Shown piece after piece: positions 6,506 to 15,037 of a stretch of DNA of 30,315 nucleotides. Below the pieces are notes generated by a model, which saw only the letters and a list, made by a program, of their open reading frames with translations, was not told where the DNA came from and did not search any database. The stretch is from a virus (Duplodnaviria > Caudoviricetes). Where the stretch lies: the IMG/VR virus record IMGVR_UViG_3300026138_000017, positions 1-30,315 of that record; one strand, given 5' to 3'. Every line of letters begins with the position of its first letter. Position 1 is the stretch's first letter. The position numbers were made by a program, and so were the translations under genes.

Positions 6506-7453
6506 ATGGATGAAAAAATCCTAAAAGCACTGATAAAGAATTTCTCTAAGGATGTAGTTAAAGATGCACCTAAAGGAAAATTCGGTAAGTATGTTCCGCA
6601 TCACATTGTGACACAGCGGTTAGTAGATGTAATCCCTGGAGGTTATGACTTCACATACGAAGAAGTAAGAGGCAAAGATAATGCGATAGTCGGGGCCAAG
6701 TGCAGACTATACATTAAAGCAACAGACCAAACTATAGAAGAAGTAGGTGATGTTGATAAGCACGCACTGGAGAGAAACACTGAAAGTGAGATATTAAAAC
6801 TTGCAGTTAGTGATGGTATCAAAAGATGTGCGATGAGAATAGGCCTTGGACTAGAGCTATGGACCGGTGGAGTTACTGAAGAAGAGTTCTATGCACAAGG
6901 TGATGCACCAGTGCAAGAACCTAAAGCAGAACCAAAGCCAAAGCCAACACCTAAACCTAAGACTGAAGAGAAGTTCTTAGATGAGGACCCAGCAGATATG
7001 CTTAACAGATTACGCAGTGCCTTAGAGTTTCACGAGGCTGACAAAGCAGTAAGAAAACATATTAAGGACAAGGCTTGGGCTGACTGGAAGAAGGCCGATA
7101 ACAAACTTGACATAGGTGAATGGAATGAGCAAGACTTTAATAACTTTATGGACTTGTTCGTGCAATACCAGGAGGCTGAGAAACAACAAGATGACACTGA
7201 ACTTGTTAAAGAAGTATTCGGTGAAGTTGAAGAGAAGGTTGTTAGAAAATGCCCTAAGTGTGACAAGGCTGACAACATTGCAGACAATAGAGAGAAGAAG
7301 GCTAACGCACCGGAAGGTAGCGGTATAAAAAGAATACCGGATTTTAGTTGTGAAACTAATGACCCAAAGTGGAGGCCGGATGCTAACGGATGTGGTTGGG
7401 GAGGATACATCGGTGGTAGTGGTGACAAGGAAGTTCCCGAAGGATGGGCCTAG
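6506..7453 (+). CDS. Rad52/Sak-like single-strand annealing protein with Pro/Lys linker and C-terminal Zn-ribbon-like domain
   Basis: YVPHHIVTQRL...LKLAVSDGIKRCAMRIGLGLELW matches the Rad52/Sak pattern; C-terminal CPKC...PDFSC...GCGW. Confidence 0.8.
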   Translation: MDEKILKALIKNFSKDVVKDAPKGKFGKYVPHHIVTQRLVDVIPGGYDFTYEEVRGKDNAIVGAKCRLYIKATDQTIEEVGDVDKHALERNTESEILKLAVSDGIKRCAMRIGLGLELWTGGVTEEEFYAQGDAPVQEPKAEPKPKPTPKPKTEEKFLDEDPADMLNRLRSALEFHEADKAVRKHIKDKAWADWKKADNKLDIGEWNEQDFNNFMDLFVQYQEAEKQQDDTELVKEVFGEVEEKVVRKCPKCDKADNIADNREKKANAPEGSGIKRIPDFSCETNDPKWRPDANGCGWGGYIGGSGDKEVPEGWA

Positions 7454-7752
7454 AAAACCCATCCATCTCTATCGGTAAGCTAAAGGATAAGTTAAAAAAG
7501 AAATACCCCAATCATAACTTTGACATAGCATCTTTACCGGATACTAAGTGTAGGTTCCCTCATAGATGTAGGCAAGGACAACCAGTTTATTATGACAAAG
7601 ATGAAAACTATTTTTGTGCAGTAATGGACAAGGTTGTGACTGACTTAGGTTCTATGAAAAATGAATTACAAGGATGCAACGCATACCTGGTAGAACTTAC
7701 ACAAAGAAAACAAGAGGAGAAGAAAAGAGATGGTAATACCCCTATTTTTTAA
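7444..7752 (+). CDS. Hypothetical Cys-containing protein
   Basis: Overlaps the upstream stop; operon packing. Confidence 0.65.
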   Translation: MGLENPSISIGKLKDKLKKKYPNHNFDIASLPDTKCRFPHRCRQGQPVYYDKDENYFCAVMDKVVTDLGSMKNELQGCNAYLVELTQRKQEEKKRDGNTPIF

Positions 7753-8161
7753 ATGGATATTACCCCTATGTATCTATCCAGTTGGAGAGATGCCTAGTGA
7801 TATAAACCTCTACGCCACTTGTTTAAACAATGTAGAGAAGATAGAAAATGTAATTGAGTGGGAACCTCTTATAAGCAAACACTTTAAAGAAGAAGATGTT
7901 TCGGAGGTTCTCACCATTATATTCTGTGAAAGTTCGGGCCGTGCTGATGCGGTCAATGACAACACAAATGGAACTAGAGATGTAGGACTGTTTCAATTCA
8001 ATGATGATACCTGGAACTGGCTTACACCCAAACTAAAGATTACTAGCCCAAGGACTGACCCAGTTATATCTACTAAGGTAGCATCCTGGTTATGGTATAA
8101 CGATGGTAAGCACCATTGGAATAGTAGCGGACAATGTTGGAGGAACGATGCCGAAGAATAA
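7730..8161 (+). CDS. Lytic transglycosylase (SLT/lysozyme-like fold) with hydrophobic N-terminus
   Basis: CESSG (catalytic Glu), DVGLFQF motif and a C-terminal GKHHW; SD GAGGAG. Confidence 0.85.
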   Translation: MVIPLFFKWILPLCIYPVGEMPSDINLYATCLNNVEKIENVIEWEPLISKHFKEEDVSEVLTIIFCESSGRADAVNDNTNGTRDVGLFQFNDDTWNWLTPKLKITSPRTDPVISTKVASWLWYNDGKHHWNSSGQCWRNDAEE

Positions 8162-8570
8162 AGACTACGACATAAACACACAAAAGTTTCACGATGACCT
8201 TAAAAAAGGTGAAGAGATGGAGGAACTATTTAAAGAGTTTATGTTAGGTAAAAACATAGAAGTAAAAAGCGAGAGGCATATATGGGAGAACACACGAAAC
8301 CATTTCGTTGAGTATGCTTATAAGCCTATCGGTAAAGATGAGTGGGAACGCAGTGGTATAGCGGCTACCAAATCCGAATACTGGTGTGTATTTCTTGTTG
8401 ATGAGTTAGAAAATCCTGTCATTGCTTATATTGTTAGAGTTGCTGACCTTAAAAAAATAGTAAGTAAATATCTACAATCCAAAAGGGATGTGGTCGGTGG
8501 CGATGGTAATAGAAGTAAAGGAGTATTGGTGCCCATTGATGAGATAGCAGGTCTAGCCTTTAAAAGCTAG
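8148..8570 (+). CDS. Putative PD-(D/E)xK-fold nuclease-like protein
   Basis: FHDDLKKGEEME...IEVKSE...NHFVEY...SGIAATKSEYW pattern; start moved to ATG 8148 after SD GGAGG. Confidence 0.55.
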   Translation: MPKNKDYDINTQKFHDDLKKGEEMEELFKEFMLGKNIEVKSERHIWENTRNHFVEYAYKPIGKDEWERSGIAATKSEYWCVFLVDELENPVIAYIVRVADLKKIVSKYLQSKRDVVGGDGNRSKGVLVPIDEIAGLAFKS

Positions 8571-8585
8571 GCCTGGCCTACCTGT

Positions 8586-9776
8586 TTAAACAATGACTGG
8601 AAAGCTAGGACCCCTGTCGTTTATTAATAATGTAAGAACCCCTGGATGTGACCACAACCCTGTTCTTTGTGTAAAGTCTATACTCTTATCTATAGATGGA
8701 CATTGAAACCAGTGTCTATCACCTTGTGTCTTAGCACGAAAATGATGGTAATGGCCTGTGACTAATATCTTCGCATCACCCGATGGTAAGAACCCATACA
8801 TCTGACCCTTCCACCAGTTCTCTATTTTGTTTTCTGCATTCCCACTGCCCGAACTCATATGGCCGTGAGTAAAAGCACAAGGCACACCTTTTATATCTAA
8901 GTTTAAGTGATAACCCTCCGGAACTATTACCTCTACCTTCTTATATCTCTCCGGATTAGCTTTAAATATCTCATCCATTATTTGTATATGCATAGTATCA
9001 CTGTTATCTAAACGATTAGATAGCACTTGACCCTTAGAACTTCTTGTCATTTCTCCGTGATTGCCTGGAACACCAGTAAGAACTATCTTATCTGCGTGAG
9101 GTAAGAAGTTTTCTACTGCTTTGAATATCATTGCCCTGGCTAATGCGTATTGTTCTAAGAGATTGAGAGAAACATTGTGTGGTTGACTGTCGTAAAAGAA
9201 TTTACTGCACCCTTCTGTGAGGTCACCCATTCCTATTAAGTAAATCTCATCTATCTTCATACCCATTTTTCTGTAGTTCTTTAGTAGTTGCAACCCATCT
9301 TGTAAAGCAACATCAAATCTTTTGACTGTGTTTTCTACACCATAGTCATCTTTACCTAATTGGAAGTCGGCAAGGAAAAAGCAGAATGCAGTGTCACCCT
9401 TAAAGATATTATGCTTCGGTAGTGGTGGCTTCTTAACTGCTTGTTTAAACAATTCCTTGTAATACTTATCTCTTGATAAATTTTTTCTACGAATTGTACC
9501 TTTGAATGCATAAAATGTTTCAACCCTACCACCTTTAAGTTGTGCATTCCAGGAAGATACTTTTAAGATACCATCTATCTCATACTCTTTAGGATTAAAT
9601 CCCCACTTCTTTAGTATGTTGTCGTAGTTATTGTGGTAGTTCTTATCAGTAGTGACTTCTGTTATTTCACCCCTGTTTGTTTCGTGATTAAATTCAGCGT
9701 TAGGTTTCCATCCGGCTTTGTAAAAGTTATTACTATTCTCTACCGGTATCCCCTTCTCTTGTTTCTTTTTAGGCAA
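8586..9776 (-). CDS. Calcineurin-like metallophosphoesterase (Mre11/SbcD-like superfamily)
   Basis: Motifs ADFQLG, GDLTEG, GNHG, HGH and GHYH in canonical order; TTG start after SD GGAGGTGG. Confidence 0.85.
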   Translation of the reverse strand: MPKKKQEKGIPVENSNNFYKAGWKPNAEFNHETNRGEITEVTTDKNYHNNYDNILKKWGFNPKEYEIDGILKVSSWNAQLKGGRVETFYAFKGTIRRKNLSRDKYYKELFKQAVKKPPLPKHNIFKGDTAFCFFLADFQLGKDDYGVENTVKRFDVALQDGLQLLKNYRKMGMKIDEIYLIGMGDLTEGCSKFFYDSQPHNVSLNLLEQYALARAMIFKAVENFLPHADKIVLTGVPGNHGEMTRSSKGQVLSNRLDNSDTMHIQIMDEIFKANPERYKKVEVIVPEGYHLNLDIKGVPCAFTHGHMSSGSGNAENKIENWWKGQMYGFLPSGDAKILVTGHYHHFRAKTQGDRHWFQCPSIDKSIDFTQRTGLWSHPGVLTLLINDRGPSFPVIV

Positions 9777-9799
9777 GTTCCACCTCCAGTTTTCTTGCT

Positions 9800-9820
9800 T
9801 GTTTAAACAAGTATATAACA
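9800..9820 (-). promoter_or_regulatory. -10 element (TATACT, 9815-9810) with a TGTTTAAACA palindrome over the predicted start site
   Basis: CTTGTTTAAACAAG at 9798-9811 lies between the -10 element and the SD of the phosphoesterase gene. Confidence 0.5.
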
Positions 9821-9851
9821 GATATTGAAAAACACTGGTATTTAAATTAAA

Positions 9852-10061
9852 TTATTTAGATACTTTAGTTGCTGGTTTTTTACCTATTTGTTTCTTAGCG
9901 AACTCTTTAACTACAACTAATGCAGCCGCACCACCGGATAAGGCGGCAAGCTGAAGAGCATCAGCATCAACACCAACTAATGGTGCTACTGTAAGTGCTG
10001 ATATAAAGGCCTCAACGAATGTCCAAATAGTTTTTTCCAAAACTTCTTTATATTCTTTCAT
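9852..10061 (-). CDS. Holin (r1t-like/actinobacteriophage type)
   Basis: EKTIWTFVEAF pattern, two hydrophobic segments, basic C-terminus, directly downstream of the endolysin. Confidence 0.75.
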   Translation of the reverse strand: MKEYKEVLEKTIWTFVEAFISALTVAPLVGVDADALQLAALSGGAAALVVVKEFAKKQIGKKPATKVSK

Positions 10062-10660
10062 CTTATTAGATTTCCTAACTTTAATTTATTTTCTATGTTC
10101 TCTAGTTTAGCAATAATTATAGCAAGTTTTTTATCTGTGTTCATCTTAGTAGTTGCTTGACTTGTTTTTTGTGAAGAAGTGTGTTCAATAATCCACTGCC
10201 TCCAGGCATCACCAGGGCAAGCTGTTTGTTTAAACGATGAGTGAGGTCTTAGTTCTCCACCGACTTGTTCGTATAGCCACTCAATAGATTTAATAGCTTT
10301 ATCTGAAGGTTTGTCGGTAGGTTCTGCACCACCAAGCCAACACACAGCAACATAATGCTTGTTATTGTAGTTAATCTCTTGCCTATTGTTACCACCTTGG
10401 GCCGCACTTCTGTTACCAAATCCTCTGCCTTCATAAATCTGTCCTGTATCTCCTACTAAAAAGTTGTATGCTACATCATTCCAACCTCTATCTACTTGAT
10501 GTAGTCTTTGTATTGTCTTACACTGGTCCATCTCTGCTTGATTACCTACTGCTTTAGGATAAGCAGACCAATGGATTACCAGTCCTTTGATATCTCCTAG
10601 CTTACTAAACTTAGTCTTGTTAGGTTTAGCACCCCAGCTATCTCTTCTTATTATTTCCAC
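10058..10660 (-). CDS. Endolysin, N-acetylmuramoyl-L-alanine amidase (Amidase_2/PGRP-like)
   Basis: IIRRDSWGA, VIHWS, RGWNDVAYNFLV..GQIYEGRG, PHS...TACPG; probable GTG start at 10660 (the track start at 10708 overlaps the small upstream ORF). Confidence 0.9.
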   Translation of the reverse strand: MEIIRRDSWGAKPNKTKFSKLGDIKGLVIHWSAYPKAVGNQAEMDQCKTIQRLHQVDRGWNDVAYNFLVGDTGQIYEGRGFGNRSAAQGGNNRQEINYNNKHYVAVCWLGGAEPTDKPSDKAIKSIEWLYEQVGGELRPHSSFKQTACPGDAWRQWIIEHTSSQKTSQATTKMNTDKKLAIIIAKLENIENKLKLGNLIR

Positions 10661-10733
10661 AGTTATCACTTCCACCTTTGCAGTTACACAACTGCACAAA
10701 TGAACCATCTTCTTTTACTTCTACTTTACACAT
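10638..10733 (-). CDS. Small Cys-rich peptide (31 aa, MCKVEVKEDGSFVQLCNCKGGSDNCGNNKKR)
   Basis: Hand translation; fills the gap; TAGAAT -10-like hexamer 6 nt before the ATG. Confidence 0.5.
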   Translation of the reverse strand: MCKVEVKEDGSFVQLCNCKGGSDNCGNNKKR

Positions 10734-10742
10734 AGTTATATT

Positions 10743-10946
10743 CTAGCCACCCATTTTAAATAACAGTTCAGTAAAGTTACTTTCTAACATATCAAGTTCA
10801 CTATTCATCTCTAATACCATAGCATCACAAGCGTTTTGATGTGATTTAATTTCTTCTATGGAGTTGAATACCCAACCAAATGCACTAAGCAAAGCTGTTA
10901 TAACTATTGGTGCTAGTGTCTTTGTGTCTATCTTTAATGTTGCCAT
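10743..10946 (-). CDS. Small membrane protein with coiled-coil tail (lysis region)
   Basis: TM segment LAPIVITALLSAFGWVF followed by heptads. Confidence 0.7.
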   Translation of the reverse strand: MATLKIDTKTLAPIVITALLSAFGWVFNSIEEIKSHQNACDAMVLEMNSELDMLESNFTELLFKMGG

Positions 10947-11074
10947 TTAATTTTACAACTATCTCCACAATCATCTGTAAATTCTTGTGATGTATCTACG
11001 AATATAGGATTATCTGTAAACATATCTTCAGGTAACTGAAATGTTTCTATATGTAACTCACTCATTTTTCCCAT
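10934..11074 (-). CDS. Small acidic hypothetical protein (46 aa, ...DDCGDSCKIKWQH)
   Basis: Hand translation; tiles between its neighbours. Confidence 0.5.
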   Translation of the reverse strand: MGKMSELHIETFQLPEDMFTDNPIFVDTSQEFTDDCGDSCKIKWQH

Positions 11075-11077
11075 TGT

Positions 11078-11254
11078 TTACATTACAATCGCTGCAACAA
11101 CTCCACCAAGTGCTACAAGTAGCGTTAATACTTTATAAAATTCTGCTTTGTCTAACTTTTGGTCCAACTTCTCTTCAATCTTTTCAAGTTTCTCAAATAT
11201 CATTTGATTTAATTCCTTCTGTGTATATCCGTTACTTGATTTTGAAGTGGCCAT
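11078..11254 (-). CDS. Small coiled-coil protein with C-terminal TM helix (58 aa)
   Basis: MATSKSSNGYTQKELNQMIFEKLEKIEEKLDQKLDKAEFYKVLTLLVALGGVVAAIVM; TAATG coupling. Confidence 0.7.
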   Translation of the reverse strand: MATSKSSNGYTQKELNQMIFEKLEKIEEKLDQKLDKAEFYKVLTLLVALGGVVAAIVM

Positions 11255-11412
11255 TATGGAAGGTCATCCTCCGACATATAAATGTCATCACTCCAGGTAT
11301 ATGCCTTATTAAAATAATTACGATTTTCCCAGTCGTATTCACTTATTCTTTTAAGATATCCCATAATATCTTTTAAAAAAATTCCTAATAAAAATCCTAT
11401 GATGTAATCCAT
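11254..11412 (-). CDS. Small membrane-anchored protein (52 aa, MDYIIGFLLGIFLK...), probably leaderless
   Basis: Hand translation; TGG-TATAAT extended -10 (11425-11420) 7 nt before the ATG. Confidence 0.65.
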   Translation of the reverse strand: MDYIIGFLLGIFLKDIMGYLKRISEYDWENRNYFNKAYTWSDDIYMSEDDLP

Positions 11413-11429
11413 AAATAAGATTATACCAC

Positions 11430-12086
11430 TTAATAGTTACGATTGCGATTATACCCGTAATCAAATACTGAAGTTAATTCTAACCTAGACTTCCTATGTC
11501 TTGACCACCAGTATTTATTCATAGCCCATATTCTTTGTTTGGTTTTATCCCTCTTGTAAGGTATGTACATACAAAGAGGTTGTCCTTGCTTGATAATTAC
11601 TTCTTGTTTAAACAACATAACCTGTTGATTGTTTTCGTGGTGCTGGTCTGAATATATAATTCCAGGCAATACTTCCCAGTCGGGATTGAAATGATAATAC
11701 ATAGGCAACTGCATAACACTCCATCCTGGAGGTGTAAAGGTTAGCCAGGGTGATATCGCTTTAAAAATACCATAGTTATTTTTGGGTATATGATTACTAA
11801 ATTGTCCATCTCCGTGTATCTCCCAGGTAAATAAACTATTTGCAGTTTCCCAATGGTACTCATCACCATCTCTTGTTAGCTTGCTATCACACCACATAGG
11901 TATAACATAAGCTAGTTTAAACAAATCAACGAAGCTAGGGCATTGTTTAGCTGTCTTACCTCCGTTCATTTTTGCTGGTAACTGGCTAAACCAAGGAGGT
12001 AGATACTCCATTGCAGGTTTAGGTTTGCATATCTCAATGTTTTCTAATTCCGGAACTGCTGATACAAAATCTATCTTAGGTTTCAT
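11430..12086 (-). CDS. DUF6065-like protein (paralogue 1)
   Basis: KQCPSFVDLFKLAYVIPMWCD, PWLTFTPPGWS, LPGIIYSD, IIKQGQPLCMYIP; clearly paralogous to 12596-13330. The family name is from recall. Confidence 0.65.
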   Translation of the reverse strand: MKPKIDFVSAVPELENIEICKPKPAMEYLPPWFSQLPAKMNGGKTAKQCPSFVDLFKLAYVIPMWCDSKLTRDGDEYHWETANSLFTWEIHGDGQFSNHIPKNNYGIFKAISPWLTFTPPGWSVMQLPMYYHFNPDWEVLPGIIYSDQHHENNQQVMLFKQEVIIKQGQPLCMYIPYKRDKTKQRIWAMNKYWWSRHRKSRLELTSVFDYGYNRNRNY

Positions 12087-12612
12087 TGTTATCCATTACA
12101 AAGTTAATAACAACTCTAGCTTTTTCATCTGTTTGTGTAACGCCATAGTGTAGTATGTTACCGCTAAATATTATTAATTGATTACCTTCACTAGGAACTT
12201 CCTGGTATATTCCTTTATCCGGGTCATCAAATACTGTCATACCATTATTTTTATTTACTTGATACACACAAGTTATGTAATCATCTACATCCCATAAGTC
12301 TTGGTGGGCCCCGTGCTTAACAGCTTTACCTTGATTAGTAGATAGGTTAGCTTTACATCTATACACTTGTTTAAATGGTTGTTCTTTGTGTATGAATTTA
12401 TACATATCATTAACAAGTGGGAACCAGTCGCTTGTAACTTCTACTGCATTGTTAAACAAATGTACAAATATAAATTTGTCATCGGGTTCTATACCACCTT
12501 CTTCTTCTAATGTTCTAGGATTGTAATACCAAGGGAAATTGTTACTTAACATATCGTTTAATATTGCATCGTGATATTCTTTGGGAAGGAAATCATTAAT
12601 TATTTTTATCAT
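12076..12612 (-). CDS. 2OG-Fe(II) oxygenase superfamily protein
   Basis: IINDFLP start, HQD (HxD), distal H (LHYG) and R (ARVVINF); start moved to ATG 12612. Confidence 0.8.
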   Translation of the reverse strand: MIKIINDFLPKEYHDAILNDMLSNNFPWYYNPRTLEEEGGIEPDDKFIFVHLFNNAVEVTSDWFPLVNDMYKFIHKEQPFKQVYRCKANLSTNQGKAVKHGAHQDLWDVDDYITCVYQVNKNNGMTVFDDPDKGIYQEVPSEGNQLIIFSGNILHYGVTQTDEKARVVINFVMDNNET

Positions 12613-13330
12613 ATTCTTTATGCACCTTTCGTAGTGAATTTTTATGTACTGACAAAACAGTAACACCTTCTTCGTGATGCTTTGCTTCATCTTCTGCTGT
12701 AGCTTTTCTAACAACAAACTCTGTTTCTTCATCCAATGGTACTATCTGAACGTGTATCAATGGGTCGCCTTGTAAAATCTGTACGCTTTCTCCTACTTGC
12801 AATGGAGGATTTATTTCAAATGGAAAATTAACACTACCATATACATCACTTCTAACAAGACCAGGCAATAATCTAATCCTTCTATCTTCTGTCCAAAACG
12901 GGTCTGAATATAATACTCCCCATCCTTTAGATGTATAAACTCTCCAAGGGCTATGTAGTTTTAATATACCACCACTTGCTAATTGTTCTACAGGAACACC
13001 ATCTACTTGATACGATTGATGCATACCTATAATTTCATTTGATGGAAAAAAACTTTCTATACCTTGTTGTACTCTTGGTCCTGAGTGTTCTTGTACTATA
13101 TTAATCCACGACCAAGCAGGAATAATATATCCCGTAGATAGTATATCTTGTATAGCAGGGCAACCTTTTGCATTGTCTTTCAAATGTAAGTCAGTTGGGT
13201 CCACCGGATGATGTTTTAATTTTTTATACCATTCGGGTAAGAACTTATTTGCTGGTACTGGTTGTGCTAGATTAGTTACATAATTGTGTGCAGGTTTAAC
13301 AGGTACAAATTCTATTTTAGGCTTTTCCAT
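12596..13330 (-). CDS. DUF6065-like protein (paralogue 2)
   Basis: KGCPAIQDILSTGYIIPAW, SPWRVYTSKGWG, LPGLVRSD, ILQGDPLIHVQIVP. Confidence 0.65.
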   Translation of the reverse strand: MEKPKIEFVPVKPAHNYVTNLAQPVPANKFLPEWYKKLKHHPVDPTDLHLKDNAKGCPAIQDILSTGYIIPAWSWINIVQEHSGPRVQQGIESFFPSNEIIGMHQSYQVDGVPVEQLASGGILKLHSPWRVYTSKGWGVLYSDPFWTEDRRIRLLPGLVRSDVYGSVNFPFEINPPLQVGESVQILQGDPLIHVQIVPLDEETEFVVRKATAEDEAKHHEEGVTVLSVHKNSLRKVHKEYDKNN

Positions 13331-14519
13331 ATATACCTTCTTCGTGTATTTTTTTATACATACCTAATCCATTTAGATTTTGAAACCAAGAATGTAACAA
13401 CCATCCACCACCAGTAAAACCTAACTCATAATTATCTTTACGCCAGTCAAACTGTTCGCTATGTATTATGTTCTTCCATATATTTTCACTCGCATTGTTT
13501 AAACAAGCAGTGCCTTGTTCTTCTGCATACTTCCAAAATGGTGTATCCCATTTACTACCTGCTGCATAATGCACCATAATAATTACTTCAGCCTCTTGTA
13601 ACCAGTTGTCATATAACTGTTGCGAGTGAAATGGTCTTTGTCCTTTATGCAACCAGTCATAACTATGCCTATTTACTTTATCTATCATCTCTATAGTTGT
13701 AGCCTCTAATGGTTCCAGGAAAAAAGATGCGTTGCCGTTGTATGCGAATTTTCTATTACCATCTAATATTAGGTAATTATCTTTACGCCAATAGTTTTTA
13801 AAAGAAAAACTATTTACATCAGAACTTAACTCTACTTCTAACTCATTAGATAGTTCTTCTAAATCTTTTGCTATCTCTTCCTCTGTGTTAAATGTGTTGT
13901 TGTACAAATAACCTAAAGATAATCTGTTAGCTAATGGTATTCCAAATACCCAGCCGTATGGTCTAGCTATACATAATGTGTAATCTATTGATGGATTATC
14001 CCAATACACTTGTTGTACATAAACTGAATTAACTGATATGTATTGTGGTATGTGGAACTCATCGTTTAATTCTTTAGGTGAACCGCTACAGTCCATAATT
14101 AAATCTGCATCTATATCTTTAGGATTGACTTTTTTATCTATGTAATTAATGTTGGGCCTTGTACTTAACTGGTCTTTTACAAACTCTTGTAACTTTAAAG
14201 CATTAAAATGCAATGACATATAAGGCATATGAAACTCGTGTAAGTAATCGTATGCATTATATTTTTGCTTACCCCAATTAATGTAATGTATTGCTCTTTT
14301 ATAATTACCATCAATGATTGGTAAGTTAGCATAACTAAAATCAAATGCATCTTTTAACAATAAAGGTAAGGATAACTGCGAACCTTCACCTACTGCTGCC
14401 TCTTGTACAGAACTATCGTAATAAATATCTATATCATAATTAGACCAAGCAGAAAAATGCATTGCAGATATAGCACCTGCTGTTCCTTTACCTACTATTG
14501 CTATTTTATTTGATGACAT
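13317..14519 (-). CDS. Flavin-dependent (tryptophan) halogenase family protein
   Basis: IVGKGTAG (FAD-binding), VGEGS, NYKRAI (Lys at the expected catalytic position), DCSG, GWVFGIP (variant of WxWxIP), FLEPLEAT. Confidence 0.85.
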   Translation of the reverse strand: MSSNKIAIVGKGTAGAISAMHFSAWSNYDIDIYYDSSVQEAAVGEGSQLSLPLLLKDAFDFSYANLPIIDGNYKRAIHYINWGKQKYNAYDYLHEFHMPYMSLHFNALKLQEFVKDQLSTRPNINYIDKKVNPKDIDADLIMDCSGSPKELNDEFHIPQYISVNSVYVQQVYWDNPSIDYTLCIARPYGWVFGIPLANRLSLGYLYNNTFNTEEEIAKDLEELSNELEVELSSDVNSFSFKNYWRKDNYLILDGNRKFAYNGNASFFLEPLEATTIEMIDKVNRHSYDWLHKGQRPFHSQQLYDNWLQEAEVIIMVHYAAGSKWDTPFWKYAEEQGTACLNNASENIWKNIIHSEQFDWRKDNYELGFTGGGWLLHSWFQNLNGLGMYKKIHEEGIYGKA

Positions 14520-15037
14520 TTAGATAACTCCTTGTATGGAAATCTTTTTTTAATCCTACTGTATAGTTTAGTAACACCTTTGTAATAATCAGCTAGTCTA
14601 TAATTTGCTAAGAATGCTCTCCATATTGCATCGTTAGGTATTATGTGTATTAACTCTACTGGTCTATTAAACAACACATACATTAAAGGTTCTCCTTTTT
14701 TAATTGTTTGTTGTTTAGGATTTACTAATGTAAAGTTTAATATCTTACATTGAAACTTTATATTTAATAATCCTTCTGCGAAATCTTTGTGCTTACTTAG
14801 TAAATACATTTGTATGTCACTTTCAGATAAAAATACATAAGGCATTTCTGCTGTGAATTGTCCTTCATATTCATCTATAACTATGTCTTGTGGTGCGTGT
14901 AATGTAAATCGTTGTTTATCTAATGCTGTAGTTTGTGGGCAACCTATGTTTTGATTGTAAGGTTGTGGGTCATCAAAGATATGACTAGGTGGTAATTCGG
15001 GAAGGTCCGCTAAGAACCAATATACTTTATCCACCAT
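14501..15037 (-). CDS. Divergent DUF6065-like protein (paralogue 3)
   Basis: IGCPQ...FTLHAPQD and TIKKGEPLMYVLF echo the motifs of the other two paralogues. Confidence 0.5.
   Translation of the reverse strand: MVDKVYWFLADLPELPPSHIFDDPQPYNQNIGCPQTTALDKQRFTLHAPQDIVIDEYEGQFTAEMPYVFLSESDIQMYLLSKHKDFAEGLLNIKFQCKILNFTLVNPKQQTIKKGEPLMYVLFNRPVELIHIIPNDAIWRAFLANYRLADYYKGVTKLYSRIKKRFPYKELSKCHQIK

Noticed and set aside
2353-8181. Shadow ORFs in the early region (2353-2673, 3128-3346, 3776-4048, 4877-5248, 5170-5361, 5606-6046, 7022-7462, 7030-7428, 7993-8181 on -, and 7116-7328 on +)
   Set aside because: They overlap better-supported + strand genes that have SDs and motifs.
11430-13330. Calling the CP-motif paralogues dUTPases
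   Set aside because: The IxxGxPL motif is reminiscent of the fold, but the conserved dUTPase catalytic motifs are not identifiable.
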